Notes: a model not told the origin generated them from the sequence alone. DNA of 64,000 nucleotides from an uncultured candidate division Zixibacteria bacterium (GCA_963735035.1 CAVTJJ010000004.1:32001-96000); one strand, 5' to 3'. Counted from the stretch's first letter, positions 1 to 11,272 are shown. Translations and numbers: made by a program.

Positions 1-41
1 GTGAGGGTTGGTTTGCCGGAGAGCTGTAAGGGCTGTATGTT

Positions 42-452
42 CTAATTGAGGAGGAGCCTGTGTAGTTTAGGCTCTAAGCGATTGATAGACTTGGTCTCAC
101 ATTCCCAAATCGTGATTATTCGCCAACCAGATTTGCGCAGCAGTGCCCTCTTGGCTTTGTCACGGGCGACGTTTGACATCCGCTTTTGCCGCCAAAAACG
201 TGCGTTAGTTCGTGGAACGACCCTCCCGTACCGGCAACGATGCATGTGCCAAAAACACCCATGAACGAAAATGACCGTATTCAGTCTTGCAAGGACTAAG
301 TCAGGCTTTCCAGGCAAATCTTCTCGATGGAGTCGAAACCTCAATCCCATCCTGTGAACAAGGGACCGCACAACTATTTCAGGTTTTGTGTTCTTGCTGC
401 GAATAGCAACCATGTTACGATGGCGCTGTTCAGGGCTCAGAACATCTGGCAT
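42..452 (-). CDS. vsr: Very short patch repair (G:T mismatch) endonuclease
   Basis: MPDVLSPEQRHRNMVAIRSKNTKPE, DLPGKPD, FVHGCFWH and IWEC are Vsr family motifs. Confidence 0.95.
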   Translation of the reverse strand: MPDVLSPEQRHRNMVAIRSKNTKPEIVVRSLVHRMGLRFRLHREDLPGKPDLVLARLNTVIFVHGCFWHMHRCRYGRVVPRTNARFWRQKRMSNVARDKAKRALLRKSGWRIITIWECETKSINRLEPKLHRLLLN

Positions 453-1500
453 TCAAGCCCCCAGAGTCTGTCTAACAGATTGAATGAAGCGATCCACCGT
501 GAAGAAATCCATGTTGCTGTTTGTTGGGTATCCTTCTTGGAGTGGCTCTGGCACAATTAGAATTACACGCGCTTCGTACATCTCGTCCAACTGCTTAGTG
601 GAAATACCTCTCTGCGTCGTCAGAATGTGTTTTACATCGATGCGACGCGCTTCATTAAGTACCTGCCGCCACCGATCCTTGCAAGTCCTTTTGATTCCGA
701 CCATTATGAGCTTGTCTGTAGGATAGTGTGGATCGTCATATTCCTTCTTTCCTGGTATGATAATGTCCGGCTTGCCGTCGACGTTAGGTCGGACATCAAA
801 TGGAATAGCGGATTTCCGCAAGACGTGTTCTACATGATTCTCAAGCGATCTGCCCGCTCGTGACTTCCGTCGATTCATAATCGTACCAGCAGACTCCAGA
901 AAATCATCCACCGATTTGAAAAGACGTTGAATTTCATTCTGGCAAAGCAAACGTTCGGCCATTCTGAATAGCCGATATTCGGCATTAACAAGTTGGATAA
1001 GTTGTACATCGGGCCCGTCATCGCTGAACTGCCGAACACAATTGGTCACCGCGTCTAGCGTCTTGCGAGAAAACTCCGCTGTAGACGGAAAAGTCTCTAG
1101 TGTAGCAGCAAAAGCCCTGAAGTGGCGATCAAGACATTCATCTGTGTCTTCCTCGATCGTGGTCTCAGCTGGATAGATGGCCCACGAGTCAAGTATTTCG
1201 ACTCCAAGTGCCGCCTGGACGTCCTCGATATCATCTTCTATGTCAAGCACGTACGCACTGAACGTTGCCTTCCCCGTGCGTATAAGTACTAGTAAATCGC
1301 CGATATTCCCAGCCGTCAAGTACGGAAAATCCTTGCCGAACCGAGTTAGGCGGTATTCGCTGCGAGTGAGCTTGCCATACCACTTGATCCGTGAGTCAGT
1401 CACCCGCCCGTCCTGCCAAGTGATAGCTACTGCATCCTCGTGATTAACTCCCTTTTCGGGCTTAAGCTCCGTGAAGAATTGCCAAGCCGGCTTCTCGAAG
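453..1500 (-). pseudogene. EcoRII-like type II restriction endonuclease, apparently 5'-truncated
   Basis: C-terminal NRRKSRAGRSLE, KPD and KRTCKDRWRQ catalytic motifs, plus N-domain WQDG...SEYRLTRFG. No start codon: the nuclease-like sequence begins abruptly at a REP-like repeat (~1501). Confidence 0.8.
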
Positions 1501-1578
1501 GTTGTGTCAGTGCCTGCCCCCGACTTGATCGAGATGCCCCGTCCTCGCCGACGGCGAGGGCGGGGGTGTGACCTGACA
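1501..1578. repeat. REP-like palindromic element (GTTGTGTCAG...CTGACAC family)
   Basis: Same ends as elements at ~55122-55173, 55197-55253, 46395-46453, 63737-63795 and 63828-63884; internal hairpins. Confidence 0.75.
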
Positions 1579-1579
1579 C

Positions 1580-2959
1580 TTGTCGGTTCGTACACACAAA
1601 TATCCCCAGCGAGACCGCCAGCCCCGGAAAGATCGGCTGGAGACCGAACCAGTAGTCGCCCGACGAGCCCATATACTGCGAGAGCGACCAGACCAGCGCC
1701 ACCCCGCCCGACAGGACCACCGACGCCAGCGCCCACTCGCGACGGCATGCGGCGGTTCCCCACGAACGCCGTGAACACGGGGATCAGCAGCGCCGGGGTG
1801 CCGATCGATCCGAACACATACCAGATTTCTATCACCGAGCGAAATACCAGCGCCAGCACGATCGCCAGGCCCATCGTGACCACCAGCCCTATATGCGTGA
1901 ACCGGGTGACCTGGTCTTCGCCAATAATTCCGAGACGGCGCAGGATGTCGTTGCCGAAAGTCGATGCCGCTATGAACGCGTAGGAGTCGACCGTCGACAT
2001 GACCGTGGCCAGCATCGCCAGAAGGAACAGCCCAAACAGTCCCGGCGGGAGTTCCTGCGCGCCCAGAACCGGAAACGCCGCCACCGGGTCGGCCAGATTG
2101 GGGAGCAGCGCCCGGGCGTACAGACCGCACGACGTGGTCATAAAATCGAATACCGCCCAGCACAGGATTGATAAGTAGATGCCGTTCACTGGCGACCTTT
2201 CTCGGTACGCGCCGCGTAGCAACGCTGGTAGAAGCCGGCTCGATCAGGGTCGACAGCGCGATGACATACCAGACGGCCACGTACCAGCCGGAGCGCCCGC
2301 CGTTCCAGGTGAGATGAGTCGCCGGAAGGTGTGCTTCCAGAAACGATAGTCCGCCGTAACGCGACACCAGCACGATAACCAGTACCGCGAAGCCGAGAAA
2401 CATGAGCACGAACTGCAGGATATCGGTTCGTATCACCGACTTGAATCCACCCATGTACAGGTAGACTCCGGACAAGAAGCGTGCCGAGCACCACACCGAC
2501 CCAGTACGGCCAGCCGAACAATTGCTCGGCCATGACTCCCAGCATGAGGACATAGGCGGTCGGGACCGTCATGGCGAATATGACCATCGCACCCACCGCG
2601 GCGGTCCGGTCGCCGTAGGCATGAGCGAGACGATCCGGGATAGTCAACGCCTCGGACTGGCGCGCCTTCTTCGCGAGGTATAAGGCAAACAGAAACGCCG
2701 CCAGATAGTACGGGACACCGAACACGAGCCAGTTCGAGAGACCGTAGCGATAGCTGTACTCGCTGATGCCTAAGATACCCCCGTACCAGGTGGACACCAG
2801 CGACGCCACAAACGCCGGCAGGGTGAGCATCCGCCCCCCGAGGATGACTTCGGCGGCGGGGCTGTTCTTCCCCAGCCGACGGAAGAACCCGACCCCCATC
2901 TGCGCGATGAGGTACGCGACCACGAGGCTGTAATCAATGAAGCTCATATGCAGTTTCAA
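1580..2959 (-). CDS. Sodium:solute symporter (SSS family), frameshifted; 3' end uncertain
   Basis: Continuous SSS protein split over four ORF-track frames (SLVSTWYGG, YMGGFKSVIRTDILQF, FYQRCYAA, LATVMSTVDS); at least 3 indels. Confidence 0.85.
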
Positions 2960-2979
2960 CGTGTCGAAACCTACAATCT

Positions 2980-3380
2980 TTGGATGCCCCGGTTAAACCG
3001 GGGCATGCAGTGAGGCCGCTGTCATTCACGTGCCCGGCAGATGTCCACATCTGCCAGACTCGTACACAAAACATCCTTAGGTGGCCCACCCGTTTGCGGG
3101 CGGGGAAACACATCCACTCACCGGACCAGTACCCCACCCAACGGGTGGGTTGCTAATCTCGACGGGGCGTAAGCCCCGTCAGAGGTCGGGGGCCTATGAC
3201 CAATGCGCTCGGAAGATTCAAATCACTCACCGTTGGCAAACCGTTAGATTAGGTCATCCTTCCGAAAACGAGTATCAAGTCTTCTGCCACCATCGCCGCA
3301 CTTGCCGCCAGTTTCTTTCATTCTGTCGCACACCTCATGGGCACCCGTCTTCACGGGGGTGACGGAACCCGCGGTTCCGT
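2980..3380. repeat. Cluster of REP-like hairpins
   Basis: GGATGCCCCGGTTAAACCGGGGCAT, GTGCCCGGCAGATGTCCACATCTGCC (3030-3055), GACGGGGCGTAAGCCCCGTC, GACGGAACCCGCGGTTCCGTC. Confidence 0.75.
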
Positions 3381-3389
3381 CTCGCTCCA

Positions 3390-5913
3390 CTATAACATCT
3401 CCAACTGCACCTGGCCCCAGAATGACCGCTCCGGCGCCACAAAATACTCCGCCCAGCCGTGGATCGACATGCTATCCGTCATCGTAGTAGTAGTTGCCAC
3501 CGTATCCTGAAGCTTCGTACTTCTTGTCACCCATGTTGTCCACCCTCAACGCCATCGTAATTTCCCAATGCAGAAATCAGGAATCGCATACTGATAACGA
3601 CAGCGATGAAACCACATATGGATCGAGCGACAGATTTCTATGTTCAGCAGGTCCATGTAATGACGTCCCACCAGACGAATTCTGTTCGTCACTCGCCAAT
3701 TACCACGCTCGTAGTCAGTGATCGAGATTCCCGACATAATCCGGGAAATTGACCAGCGTCTTATTCTTGTAGTCTTACTGCCCGGCTCGCCCAATCACGT
3801 GTCCAGAGTGTGTCGTACGCGATAGTTCGACCGAGCCGTATTTTTTACAAAATACTTAACGCGATTGTAGTTGTACGCGAAATTGGAACTGAACTTCAGC
3901 GAGGCGTTCGGCTTAACCGTGGCGCTAAGCTCTATTCCCGAATGCACCGAGCGCCCGGCATTGGTCGTGATCAACAAACCGGTGTTCGGATTGACGCCAC
4001 CTTCCGGGATAATCTCATTGCGGAAATCCATCCAGAACAGATTGCCCTCGAGGGCCAATTTGTCGGTGCGGTACCGGGAACCCAATTCGAAATCATACAC
4101 CCGCTCGTCTTTCATCAGCGGCTTACCAAACTTGTATACGGTGGAGTCGGCGTTGACGCTCTTGATCTGGAGTGACGGGAGAATCGTGGGGTCACCGGCG
4201 TCATAGATAGACGCGTCGGTCGGCGTCCGCGATGACACGGCGAAATTGGTGAACAGATCGATCTTCGGGGTCAAGTTGTAAGTAGCGCCGATCCGGGGCG
4301 AGAAGAACAGCCAATCAAGCTTGTAGTCATAATTGTGAAACGCCCACATGGGTACCTGATCGAAAGCATATCGCTGGAACCTCACCTGGGCCGTTACCTG
4401 CGATGACAACCGCTCGGTCCACTTGCTGTGCGTCTGCGCAAAGAGCGAACCGACCCATTTCTTGCCGAAGTATTGATAATACTTATGCTGCGGCTGAAGC
4501 TGCCCGCCTATATGCTGCGCCCAGACCACCTGGCCCCAGTGATTCGATTCGAAGTAATAGAATGACCCTCCCAATCGGTGCGTATGCCTCCCTCGCTCCA
4601 GAGTCAGGGTCGGATTCCATCCCCACTGATTCTTGTACACCCACTGCTGACGCACCAGATCGCCGGATTCGTATGGACGGTCAGTAGTCGGGTTGATGTC
4701 GACGAACAACGAATCGATATTATAGTCATAGTACGAGCTGCCAGCCTTGTACTGCTCGTAGAACCCTTTTCCCCGAATATAATAGAGCGTATTGGCCAAA
4801 GTCGTCCGGTCATTGATCTGCCAGGTGTTGTGCAGATGATAATGCGGCTGATTGAAGTTGTCGGTCTCATTGGGGTAGGTCAAGCACGTTGCTGCGCCGG
4901 TTGGCGTTGATCGCTTCCCGTGTCGCGCCCCAATAAGCCAGATGCATTTTCATCGGGCCGCCGTAGACGTACAGCTCGGTCGTCATGTGGGCGTCGAGCC
5001 GGGCCACTGAAAAGGCGTACGCCCATCCCTCGTACCAACTGTTCTCGCGATATCCGCCGGTCTTCTGTTTGGAGAAACGGCCGCCGAACTGCCAGCGTCC
5101 GTCGACCAACCCGGATGAATATTCCAGACTCTGCTTGTAGATGTCCGAGAGAAATGCCCCGCGATGCAGATACTCACCGTAGCCAGAGGTCAGTTTAGTG
5201 TACCTGCCCCGAGAAAGCGCACTGGTAGCGACATTGATCGTTCCGCCGAATGACGCGTCACCATAGAGCGAGTTCCCCACCCCGCGTTGAATCTGGATGT
5301 CATCGATGTTCGCCCCGAAATCGGGCAGGTCGACAAAGTAGGTCGCCTGATCTTCGGGGTCATTGAGTGGCACCCCGTTGATGTAGGTCGAGATGCGTTG
5401 ATCATCGAACCCGCGAATGCTGGCATACGAATAACCGAGCGACGCACCGCCGTCGGTGTAAGTAAGCACGTTGGGGGTGGTCTCCAGAAGAAGCGGGAAC
5501 TCGCCGACCGTGTAATCACGCTTGATGTCTTTCGAAGAGAGATCGTCGAAAGCGATCGGCGTTATGCCTTCCTGGGCCCGTTCGCCCCGCACCAGGACAT
5601 CGGTCCCTCGGTAATATTGTTCCTGCAGCACTATTGTGGACGGAACATAACCAACGTTGAATTGGCGCGAGTAATAACCGACCGATGAGACGGTCAGCCG
5701 TGTTACCACTTCCTGACCGACAGGAACCGCCAGGTCCAGGACAAAATAGCCGTCGGTCTTGCTTACTGTGCCCACCGACGGGTTATTGGCGACGACTGAA
5801 GCCGACGGAATCCCGCGGCCTTGCGAGTCGACGATCCAACCTCTGATTTGATCGCCTCGGGCGACCCCCGCGCACAGCGACAGGGCGACCACGAAACTGG
5901 TTGTGAATCTCAT
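3390..5913 (-). CDS. TonB-dependent receptor, probably thiamine/precursor uptake (multiple frameshifts)
   Basis: Signal peptide, plug motifs (SIRGFDDQRISTYINGVPLNDPED, IQRGVGNSLYG), beta-barrel, C-terminal RVDNMGDKKYE...APERSFWGQVQLEML*. Indel near 4875 and several in 3470-3840. Lies downstream of a TPP riboswitch. Confidence 0.85.
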
Positions 5914-6007
5914 GACAGTACCTCTACCAAACACGGGTTTAGTAAGATTCCGTCCTGAGTCGATAGGTATGTCCGCGGTATGCGGACCGGTCGATGTAAC
6001 CACATCT

Positions 6008-6088
6008 CCGTTTCCCTACGCCGGTATTACCCGGATCAGGTCGAGGGGGTATGTTCTCAGCCGGTGTCAGTTACGGCACCCCCAACGG
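6008..6088 (-). ncRNA. TPP (thi-box) riboswitch
   Basis: Minus strand reads CCGTTGGGGGTGCC...GGCTGAGAACATACCCCCTCGACCTGATCCGGGTAATACCGGCGTAGGGAAACGG, with the canonical CTGAGA, ACCTGAT, GTAAT and GCGTAGGGA motifs and P1 pairing. Confidence 0.95.
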
Positions 6089-6217
6089 GATCTGCTTGCC
6101 GGAAGTATATACGGACGTGTTAACGCAGAGCGCAAGTGGGTTTTGAGTTGACGTGTTACGCTTGTCGTGGCACATTGTGGCAAGGTAAAGCCGCACCAAA
6201 GCAGGAGAGGCGTCGAC

Positions 6218-6724
6218 ATGAACGGACAGCTACCGGAACAGAGCCAGCCTCAAGGTGTTGTTCTGCAATCATCACCACGAACCAAGTTCCCAATAGGTCT
6301 GCTGCTTGTTATTGCGTTCACCGGGTTGAGCATCCTGTTGCTACTCAGCTGCCTGGCGAACCCCAGATTCATCGTTGGCACCCACATAGTCACGGGCACA
6401 CCGGTAGTTGTTTACGTGCTCGCTGAACTAGGGCTCAATGTCACTCTGTTTATCTGGCTACTCCAACGAAAATACCGTGGGCGTATTCTCGGTATCGCCC
6501 TCAACTCGTACTATGTCCTGTGGACGATTGTCGATTCTCTCATTATTGTCTTTCGTACCGAGGAATTCGTGAAAGCCAACGATCTACTTGCTCAGGGGCC
6601 CTCAAATACGATGTCGCCTGGAGTTACACTGGCTCTCAAGGCTGTGGTTGCCGTGGTGTGTCTGGTCATGAATGGGGCCGTCGTCGCGTATCTAATCACC
6701 AGAAAGCGCCACTTCAAAGAGTGA
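6218..6724 (+). CDS. Hypothetical membrane protein (~4 TM)
   Basis: GGAGAGG RBS before ATG 6218; four hydrophobic segments. Confidence 0.75.
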   Translation: MNGQLPEQSQPQGVVLQSSPRTKFPIGLLLVIAFTGLSILLLLSCLANPRFIVGTHIVTGTPVVVYVLAELGLNVTLFIWLLQRKYRGRILGIALNSYYVLWTIVDSLIIVFRTEEFVKANDLLAQGPSNTMSPGVTLALKAVVAVVCLVMNGAVVAYLITRKRHFKE

Positions 6725-6864
6725 TCTTGGTATCAGTACTTCGCACCTCTCCGCACTCCACTGTTCAAAATCTGAACAACCTTGCATAATGGCCCAAATG
6801 CTCAAGAGGCTGCACTGTAACAAGTTGCTGTTCCTACAGTTAGATGTGCGGTCGTTTCCCGGAA

Positions 6865-6880
6865 AGGCACGAGGTTTGCT
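6865..6880 (+). promoter_or_regulatory. Sigma54 (-24/-12) promoter
   Basis: AGGCACGAGGTTTGCT = GG-N10-GC, near-consensus TGGCACG-N4-TTGCW; palindrome TGTTCA-N5-TGAACA at 6762-6778 upstream. Confidence 0.75.
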
Positions 6881-6890
6881 GTATACCTAG

Positions 6891-6962
6891 ACTGACTTTG
6901 TTGGGCAACCAGTCCCAGCACTGTTAGACCTTGCCCCCGACTGACCACCGGGGGCTTTTTTT
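6891..6962 (+). ncRNA. Putative sigma54-dependent small RNA
   Basis: Lies between the sigma54 promoter and an intrinsic terminator; internal hairpin TGTTGGG/CCCAGCA; no ATG ORF. Confidence 0.6.
6933..6962 (+). terminator. Rho-independent terminator
   Basis: GCCCCCG-loop-CGGGGGC followed by T7. Confidence 0.85.
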
Positions 6963-7400
6963 GTCGGTCTGGGGTAGTCTGAACGGCGTCAACCTGGTGT
7001 CGGGTTGCGCGCTCAATTGGTCCTCGCGCGTAACCCGACCTACAGGTTCACTCTTCGCGGTTTTGTATATACGAAGCACCTTAACCTGTCTTGCCCCGCT
7101 TCAGGCGGGGCACCCATCTTCGAGCCGTCAGGGCCGCCGAGGCGGGCCGCCCACATTCTTAGTCACCCTGAGATACGCCTGCCCTGAGCTCGCCGAAGAG
7201 TCGAAGGGTGACGCCAATCTCGCTAACCCGGCTTCGACAAGCTCAGCCTGACTTGTTCTTCTGGCCCTCAGACGTTTCTGCCTTACGGCCGGTTCAATTG
7301 GACCGGTGTCGGGCAGAGACGCCCGACACCACTCGGTTCGACCGCCCACCACAGTATTGTATTGACGCTCCCCTACGCCACCCGCTAGATTCGCGATTCT

Positions 7401-9398
7401 ATGAAAGCTATGAAGGGCATCGTCTACGTAGGCGCGGTCGTGCTGTTTGGCGTCCTCGCCTACTTCGCATACCAGACACTCCGCGTCAAGAGCATCCCCG
7501 AGCGCCTGGCCGACATTATTCACATCGAAGACACCCGTCAGCCGGTCGACCGGCTGGAAGACTACCTCAACGACGATTCGGCGCGGGTCCGCTGCTACGC
7601 CGCGATGGCTATAGGTAGGATCGGAGCTGAGAACGCCGGGAAGCTGCTCATGGGGCATCTGACCGACTCGTCTCTTGATGTCGCCCGGACGGCTGCGTTC
7701 GCTATCGGTCTGACCGGCCAGAACCAGTGGGCCTCGTCGCTCGCCGACACCGCCCGCTCGCTCCCGTCCACTGTCGCCGCCCGCGCCATAAAATCGGCCG
7801 GACGGCTTGCTGACAGCACCATGACCCCGGTACACAACAAACTGGCCGGATATCTGGCCGATGCCTCCCCTGAAGTGCGAGAGGCGGCCTGTCTGGCGCT
7901 CTTCTACGCGCGAGCCAAAGCGACGGCCGAGGCGATTATCCCGGTGCTCGACCGCGAATTGGACCCCGGGGTGCAGAAAGCCGGGCTATTCGCGCTGGCG
8001 AGGCTGGGAGTCACGTCAGCGGGATCAGTCTATTCCAAATACCAGGCCGACCCTGACCCCGAAGTCCGAATGCTGGCCGTACAGGGGCTGGCGAAGGCCA
8101 ACATCTCCGACAAAGTCCGGCTGATTGCTCTGTCACTAAACGACGCCGACAACCGGGTGACCGCCCAGGCTATCGCGTCACTTCAAATTACCGCCGACTC
8201 CGGAGCCACTTATTATCTCGCCCGCAAGTTAGAAACGCAGGCCGATGAAAAATTAACGGTCGCCCTCCTCGGCGCCTTGCGGGCCCTTCGCAGCGACAAA
8301 GGTGTCGCCACCGCCGAAATGCATGTGAGTTCCGGGCTCAGAGAAAATGTTGTCGCGGCGGCTATCGGCTACCTCGCCGTAATCAAACAAGATCGAATCG
8401 TTCCGGTGATCGATTCCCTACTCAACACCAAGCCGCCGGCGCGGGTGCGGGTTGCCTGTGCGGACGCGTTCGCCGAGATCCACAACGCCTCGGTGATACC
8501 GCGTTTGGCCATGCTGTTCAAAGACGAAGACCCGATTGTGCGCGGCGCGGCTTTCGGACACCTGGTTGCAATCGATTCTACCCAGGTCGACTTGTACATC
8601 AAGATCGCGCTGGCCGATCCGGACAAGATGCCGATCGTCCTCGCGCTAGATCAAATCGGCCAGCGCAAACTGACCGGCTATCTTCCCCAGGTACAGAAAT
8701 TGATGGGCCGCGCCAAGGATCTCGACCTCGACATCCGACGCTCCCTGATCGACGTTGTCAGTAAGTATGTGGACACTCTCGGCACCGACAGCGCTCTGTC
8801 CGAGCTGGTTATCGAAGGGCTGAAGGACCCCGAATATATCGTTCGCCGTCAGGCCAATGATCTCTTCCGCGAGAAATTCGGCCACGACCGCTCCAACATG
8901 GTTGTACCGGCGGAGACCCGTATCACCGAGAAGCAGCTTCAGAAAGTAATGGCTGATACTTCCGGCCATCCAACGGCGCTGATTCAAACCAATCGCGGTG
9001 AAATAGAAATCGAGTTGTTGCCCGATGTCGCCCCATTGACCGTGCTGAATTTTATCGACCTGGCCCGCTCCGGTTTCTACGACGGGTTGAGTTTCCATCG
9101 GGTGGTACCCAATTTCGTAGTACAGGGTGGTTGTCCCCGGGGGGACGGCTGGGGCGGCCCGCCTTACTATATCCGATGTGAATACTCCGACGTTCCTTTC
9201 GAGCGCGGCACAGTCGGCATAGCGACGTCGGGCCACGACACCGGCGGCTCGCAATTCTTCATCTGTCATTCGCCGCAGCCGCATCTCGATGCCCGCTATA
9301 CCGTATTCGGTCAGGTACTCTCCGGAATGGATGTGGTCGATCAGATCGTAGTGGGTGATATCATTCAGAAGATCATTATCAATGAGAGTGGAAAATGA
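7401..9398 (+). CDS. HEAT-repeat protein with C-terminal cyclophilin-type peptidyl-prolyl isomerase
   Basis: N-terminal TM anchor, HEAT repeats, then GFYDGLSFHRVVPNFVVQGG, GGSQFFI and HLDARYTVFG. Confidence 0.92.
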   Translation: MKAMKGIVYVGAVVLFGVLAYFAYQTLRVKSIPERLADIIHIEDTRQPVDRLEDYLNDDSARVRCYAAMAIGRIGAENAGKLLMGHLTDSSLDVARTAAFAIGLTGQNQWASSLADTARSLPSTVAARAIKSAGRLADSTMTPVHNKLAGYLADASPEVREAACLALFYARAKATAEAIIPVLDRELDPGVQKAGLFALARLGVTSAGSVYSKYQADPDPEVRMLAVQGLAKANISDKVRLIALSLNDADNRVTAQAIASLQITADSGATYYLARKLETQADEKLTVALLGALRALRSDKGVATAEMHVSSGLRENVVAAAIGYLAVIKQDRIVPVIDSLLNTKPPARVRVACADAFAEIHNASVIPRLAMLFKDEDPIVRGAAFGHLVAIDSTQVDLYIKIALADPDKMPIVLALDQIGQRKLTGYLPQVQKLMGRAKDLDLDIRRSLIDVVSKYVDTLGTDSALSELVIEGLKDPEYIVRRQANDLFREKFGHDRSNMVVPAETRITEKQLQKVMADTSGHPTALIQTNRGEIEIELLPDVAPLTVLNFIDLARSGFYDGLSFHRVVPNFVVQGGCPRGDGWGGPPYYIRCEYSDVPFERGTVGIATSGHDTGGSQFFICHSPQPHLDARYTVFGQVLSGMDVVDQIVVGDIIQKIIINESGK

Positions 9399-10210
9399 AT
9401 CTCTTCAGAGTTCTGTTGTGTGTCATGCTGTTAGGCCTGGCGGCCGTTTCTGCCTCAGCCCAAACCGCCGCCGGTGGGATTGACCCCGAAGCACTGATCG
9501 AGCGCATCCTGGCAGTCGACAAGGTCCAGCGTGACCGGGTGAAGGATGTTTCTTTCGATGCCGAATATATCGAGCGCGAAGATATCGGCAATGGCGAATC
9601 GAAAGAGAAGGTCCGGTTCGAAAAGGAAGTCTTCATCAAGTATCTCCCGGACACTGCCTGGTACGCTGAGCGATACCTGGCCTTTTACGCTGAAGGCCAG
9701 TTGAAGAGTGACAGCGAGCTCAAGACCGAGGCGGCGGATCGTATGGAGAAGAAGAAACGCCGCAGCGCGCGCGACATCTCCTTCCCGATGCTCAAGCCGT
9801 TCTATGCTGCGGAGCGCGCCCTTTACGAAATTTCGTATGTCGGTATCGCCGACCAGCGCTTCGACGACCGTGTCTGCCATCAATTTCGGGTCTCGGCCAA
9901 GGAACCGTCCGACAGCCTTATCAACGGCGACTTCTACTTTGAAGCCGAGAATTTCCATCTGGTGCGAGTCGATTTTACGCCGTCGAAACTAGTCAAGCGA
10001 ATGATGTTCAAGCTCAAGTCGCTCGATATGAGCATCGCCTACGGACCAAACTCGGACGACATCTGGCTGCCCCGGCAGTTCGACATCCACGGCAAAGGCA
10101 AGGCGATGTTCTTTATCGGTGTGGACTTCGCCGGCACTGAATATTATCGCAAACCGCGGATCAATACCGGTCTGGCGGATTCGATCTTTGAGGAAAGCCA
10201 TGGCAACTGA
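9395..10210 (+). CDS. Hypothetical secreted protein
   Basis: Signal peptide (ASA-Q); ATGA overlap with the upstream gene. Confidence 0.8.
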   Translation: MNLFRVLLCVMLLGLAAVSASAQTAAGGIDPEALIERILAVDKVQRDRVKDVSFDAEYIEREDIGNGESKEKVRFEKEVFIKYLPDTAWYAERYLAFYAEGQLKSDSELKTEAADRMEKKKRRSARDISFPMLKPFYAAERALYEISYVGIADQRFDDRVCHQFRVSAKEPSDSLINGDFYFEAENFHLVRVDFTPSKLVKRMMFKLKSLDMSIAYGPNSDDIWLPRQFDIHGKGKAMFFIGVDFAGTEYYRKPRINTGLADSIFEESHGN

Positions 10211-10703
10211 CAGAGGTTTTCGAGAACATGTTGTCCGGGTGAATGTCCCCGACGGCATGAACGTTATTTTCGGCCAGTCCCATTTCATCAAGACGACCGA
10301 GGATCTCTATGAGACACTCGTCTGTTCGTCGACCACTCTCAAGTTCGGTATCGCCTTCTGCGAGGCGTCCGGCAAGCGATTGATTCGCACCGACGGCAAC
10401 GACCCGGAAATGATCGAGCTGGCGGAGAAGTCGGCTTACGATATCGGCTGCGGGCACGCTTTCTTTGTCTACTTGCGCGGCGGCTTTCCTATCAATGTCC
10501 TGGGCCGGATAAGAAATCTCGACGAAGTCTGCTCGATATATTGCGCTACCGCCAACCCGCTTCAAGTTATCGTGGCCGAAACCGACCTCGGGCGCGGCGT
10601 GCTGGGAGTAATCGACGGCCAGACGCCCCTCGGAATTGAGGGCGACGACGACAAGCAGGAGCGCCTGCAGTTTCTCCGAAAGATCGGTTACAAACGCGGC
10701 TGA
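10200..10703 (+). CDS. Adenosine-specific kinase family protein (DUF355-like)
   Basis: [38 protein letters not shown] and [10 protein letters not shown] motifs. Confidence 0.88.
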   Translation: MATDRGFREHVVRVNVPDGMNVIFGQSHFIKTTEDLYETLVCSSTTLKFGIAFCEASGKRLIRTDGNDPEMIELAEKSAYDIGCGHAFFVYLRGGFPINVLGRIRNLDEVCSIYCATANPLQVIVAETDLGRGVLGVIDGQTPLGIEGDDDKQERLQFLRKIGYKRG

Positions 10704-10898
10704 AACAGCTTTCCGGCGATTGGCCTGAAACAAGGAAATCAATGCAAGTCTGAGGTTAGAAAACCCCATGCTGTAATCCTTGCGCTATGGTAATTTCGAA
10801 CTATCTTGTCGCGACTGAAAGGCAACTTTGATTGGTACCGGACAGCTTGTCGCGGGTACCAAATGCAGCAACTTGAAACAGAAAGATGAACTTACATT

Positions 10899-11102
10899 AT
10901 GCGTTTTGAATTGGAACGATCTGAAACCGAGAAACTGATTGTCGAAAGCAGTGAATACAAAGGTATGGACCTGGTATCGCTGCGGATATATTTCCTGAGC
11001 AAGGAAGAAGAGTGGCTGCCCACCAAGAAGGGTGTCACGTTCCGTCGGGAGCAGCTCGACGAAGTTCTCGGTTTCCTGACTCAGATCAAAGCCGAAAAGT
11101 AG
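10899..11102 (+). CDS. PC4/YdbC-like ssDNA-binding protein
   Basis: EYKGMDLVSLRIYF...WLPTKKGVTF PC4 signature. Confidence 0.85.
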   Translation: MRFELERSETEKLIVESSEYKGMDLVSLRIYFLSKEEEWLPTKKGVTFRREQLDEVLGFLTQIKAEK

Positions 11103-11113
11103 CGCAACAATTA

Positions 11114-11174
11114 GTAGGACAGGTTTGTCTTCAAACCTGCCATTGTTGGCGGGTTTGAAGCAGACCCGCCCTAC
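11114..11174. repeat. GTAG-type REP doublet (REPIN-like)
   Basis: GTAGGACAGGTTTGTCTTCAAACCTGCC and its inverted copy GGCGGGTTTGAAGCAGACCCGCCCTAC. Confidence 0.8.
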
Positions 11175-11272
11175 AAGATAACGAGTTCGCGTGTTGTCAG
11201 GTTCTTTGTAGGTCGGCGTTTCCGAGGCGCGAGCGTAGCGAGCGACGAGAAAACCCGACATCCGCTTACTAG

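Noticed and set aside
453..2222. 589-aa ORF as a real symporter-restriction nuclease fusion
   Set aside because: The join passes through out-of-frame symporter sequence and a REP element; it is a product of frameshifts plus truncation
6168..6183. TGGCACATTGTGGCAA as a sigma54 promoter
   Set aside because: GG-to-GC spacing is 9, not the required 10
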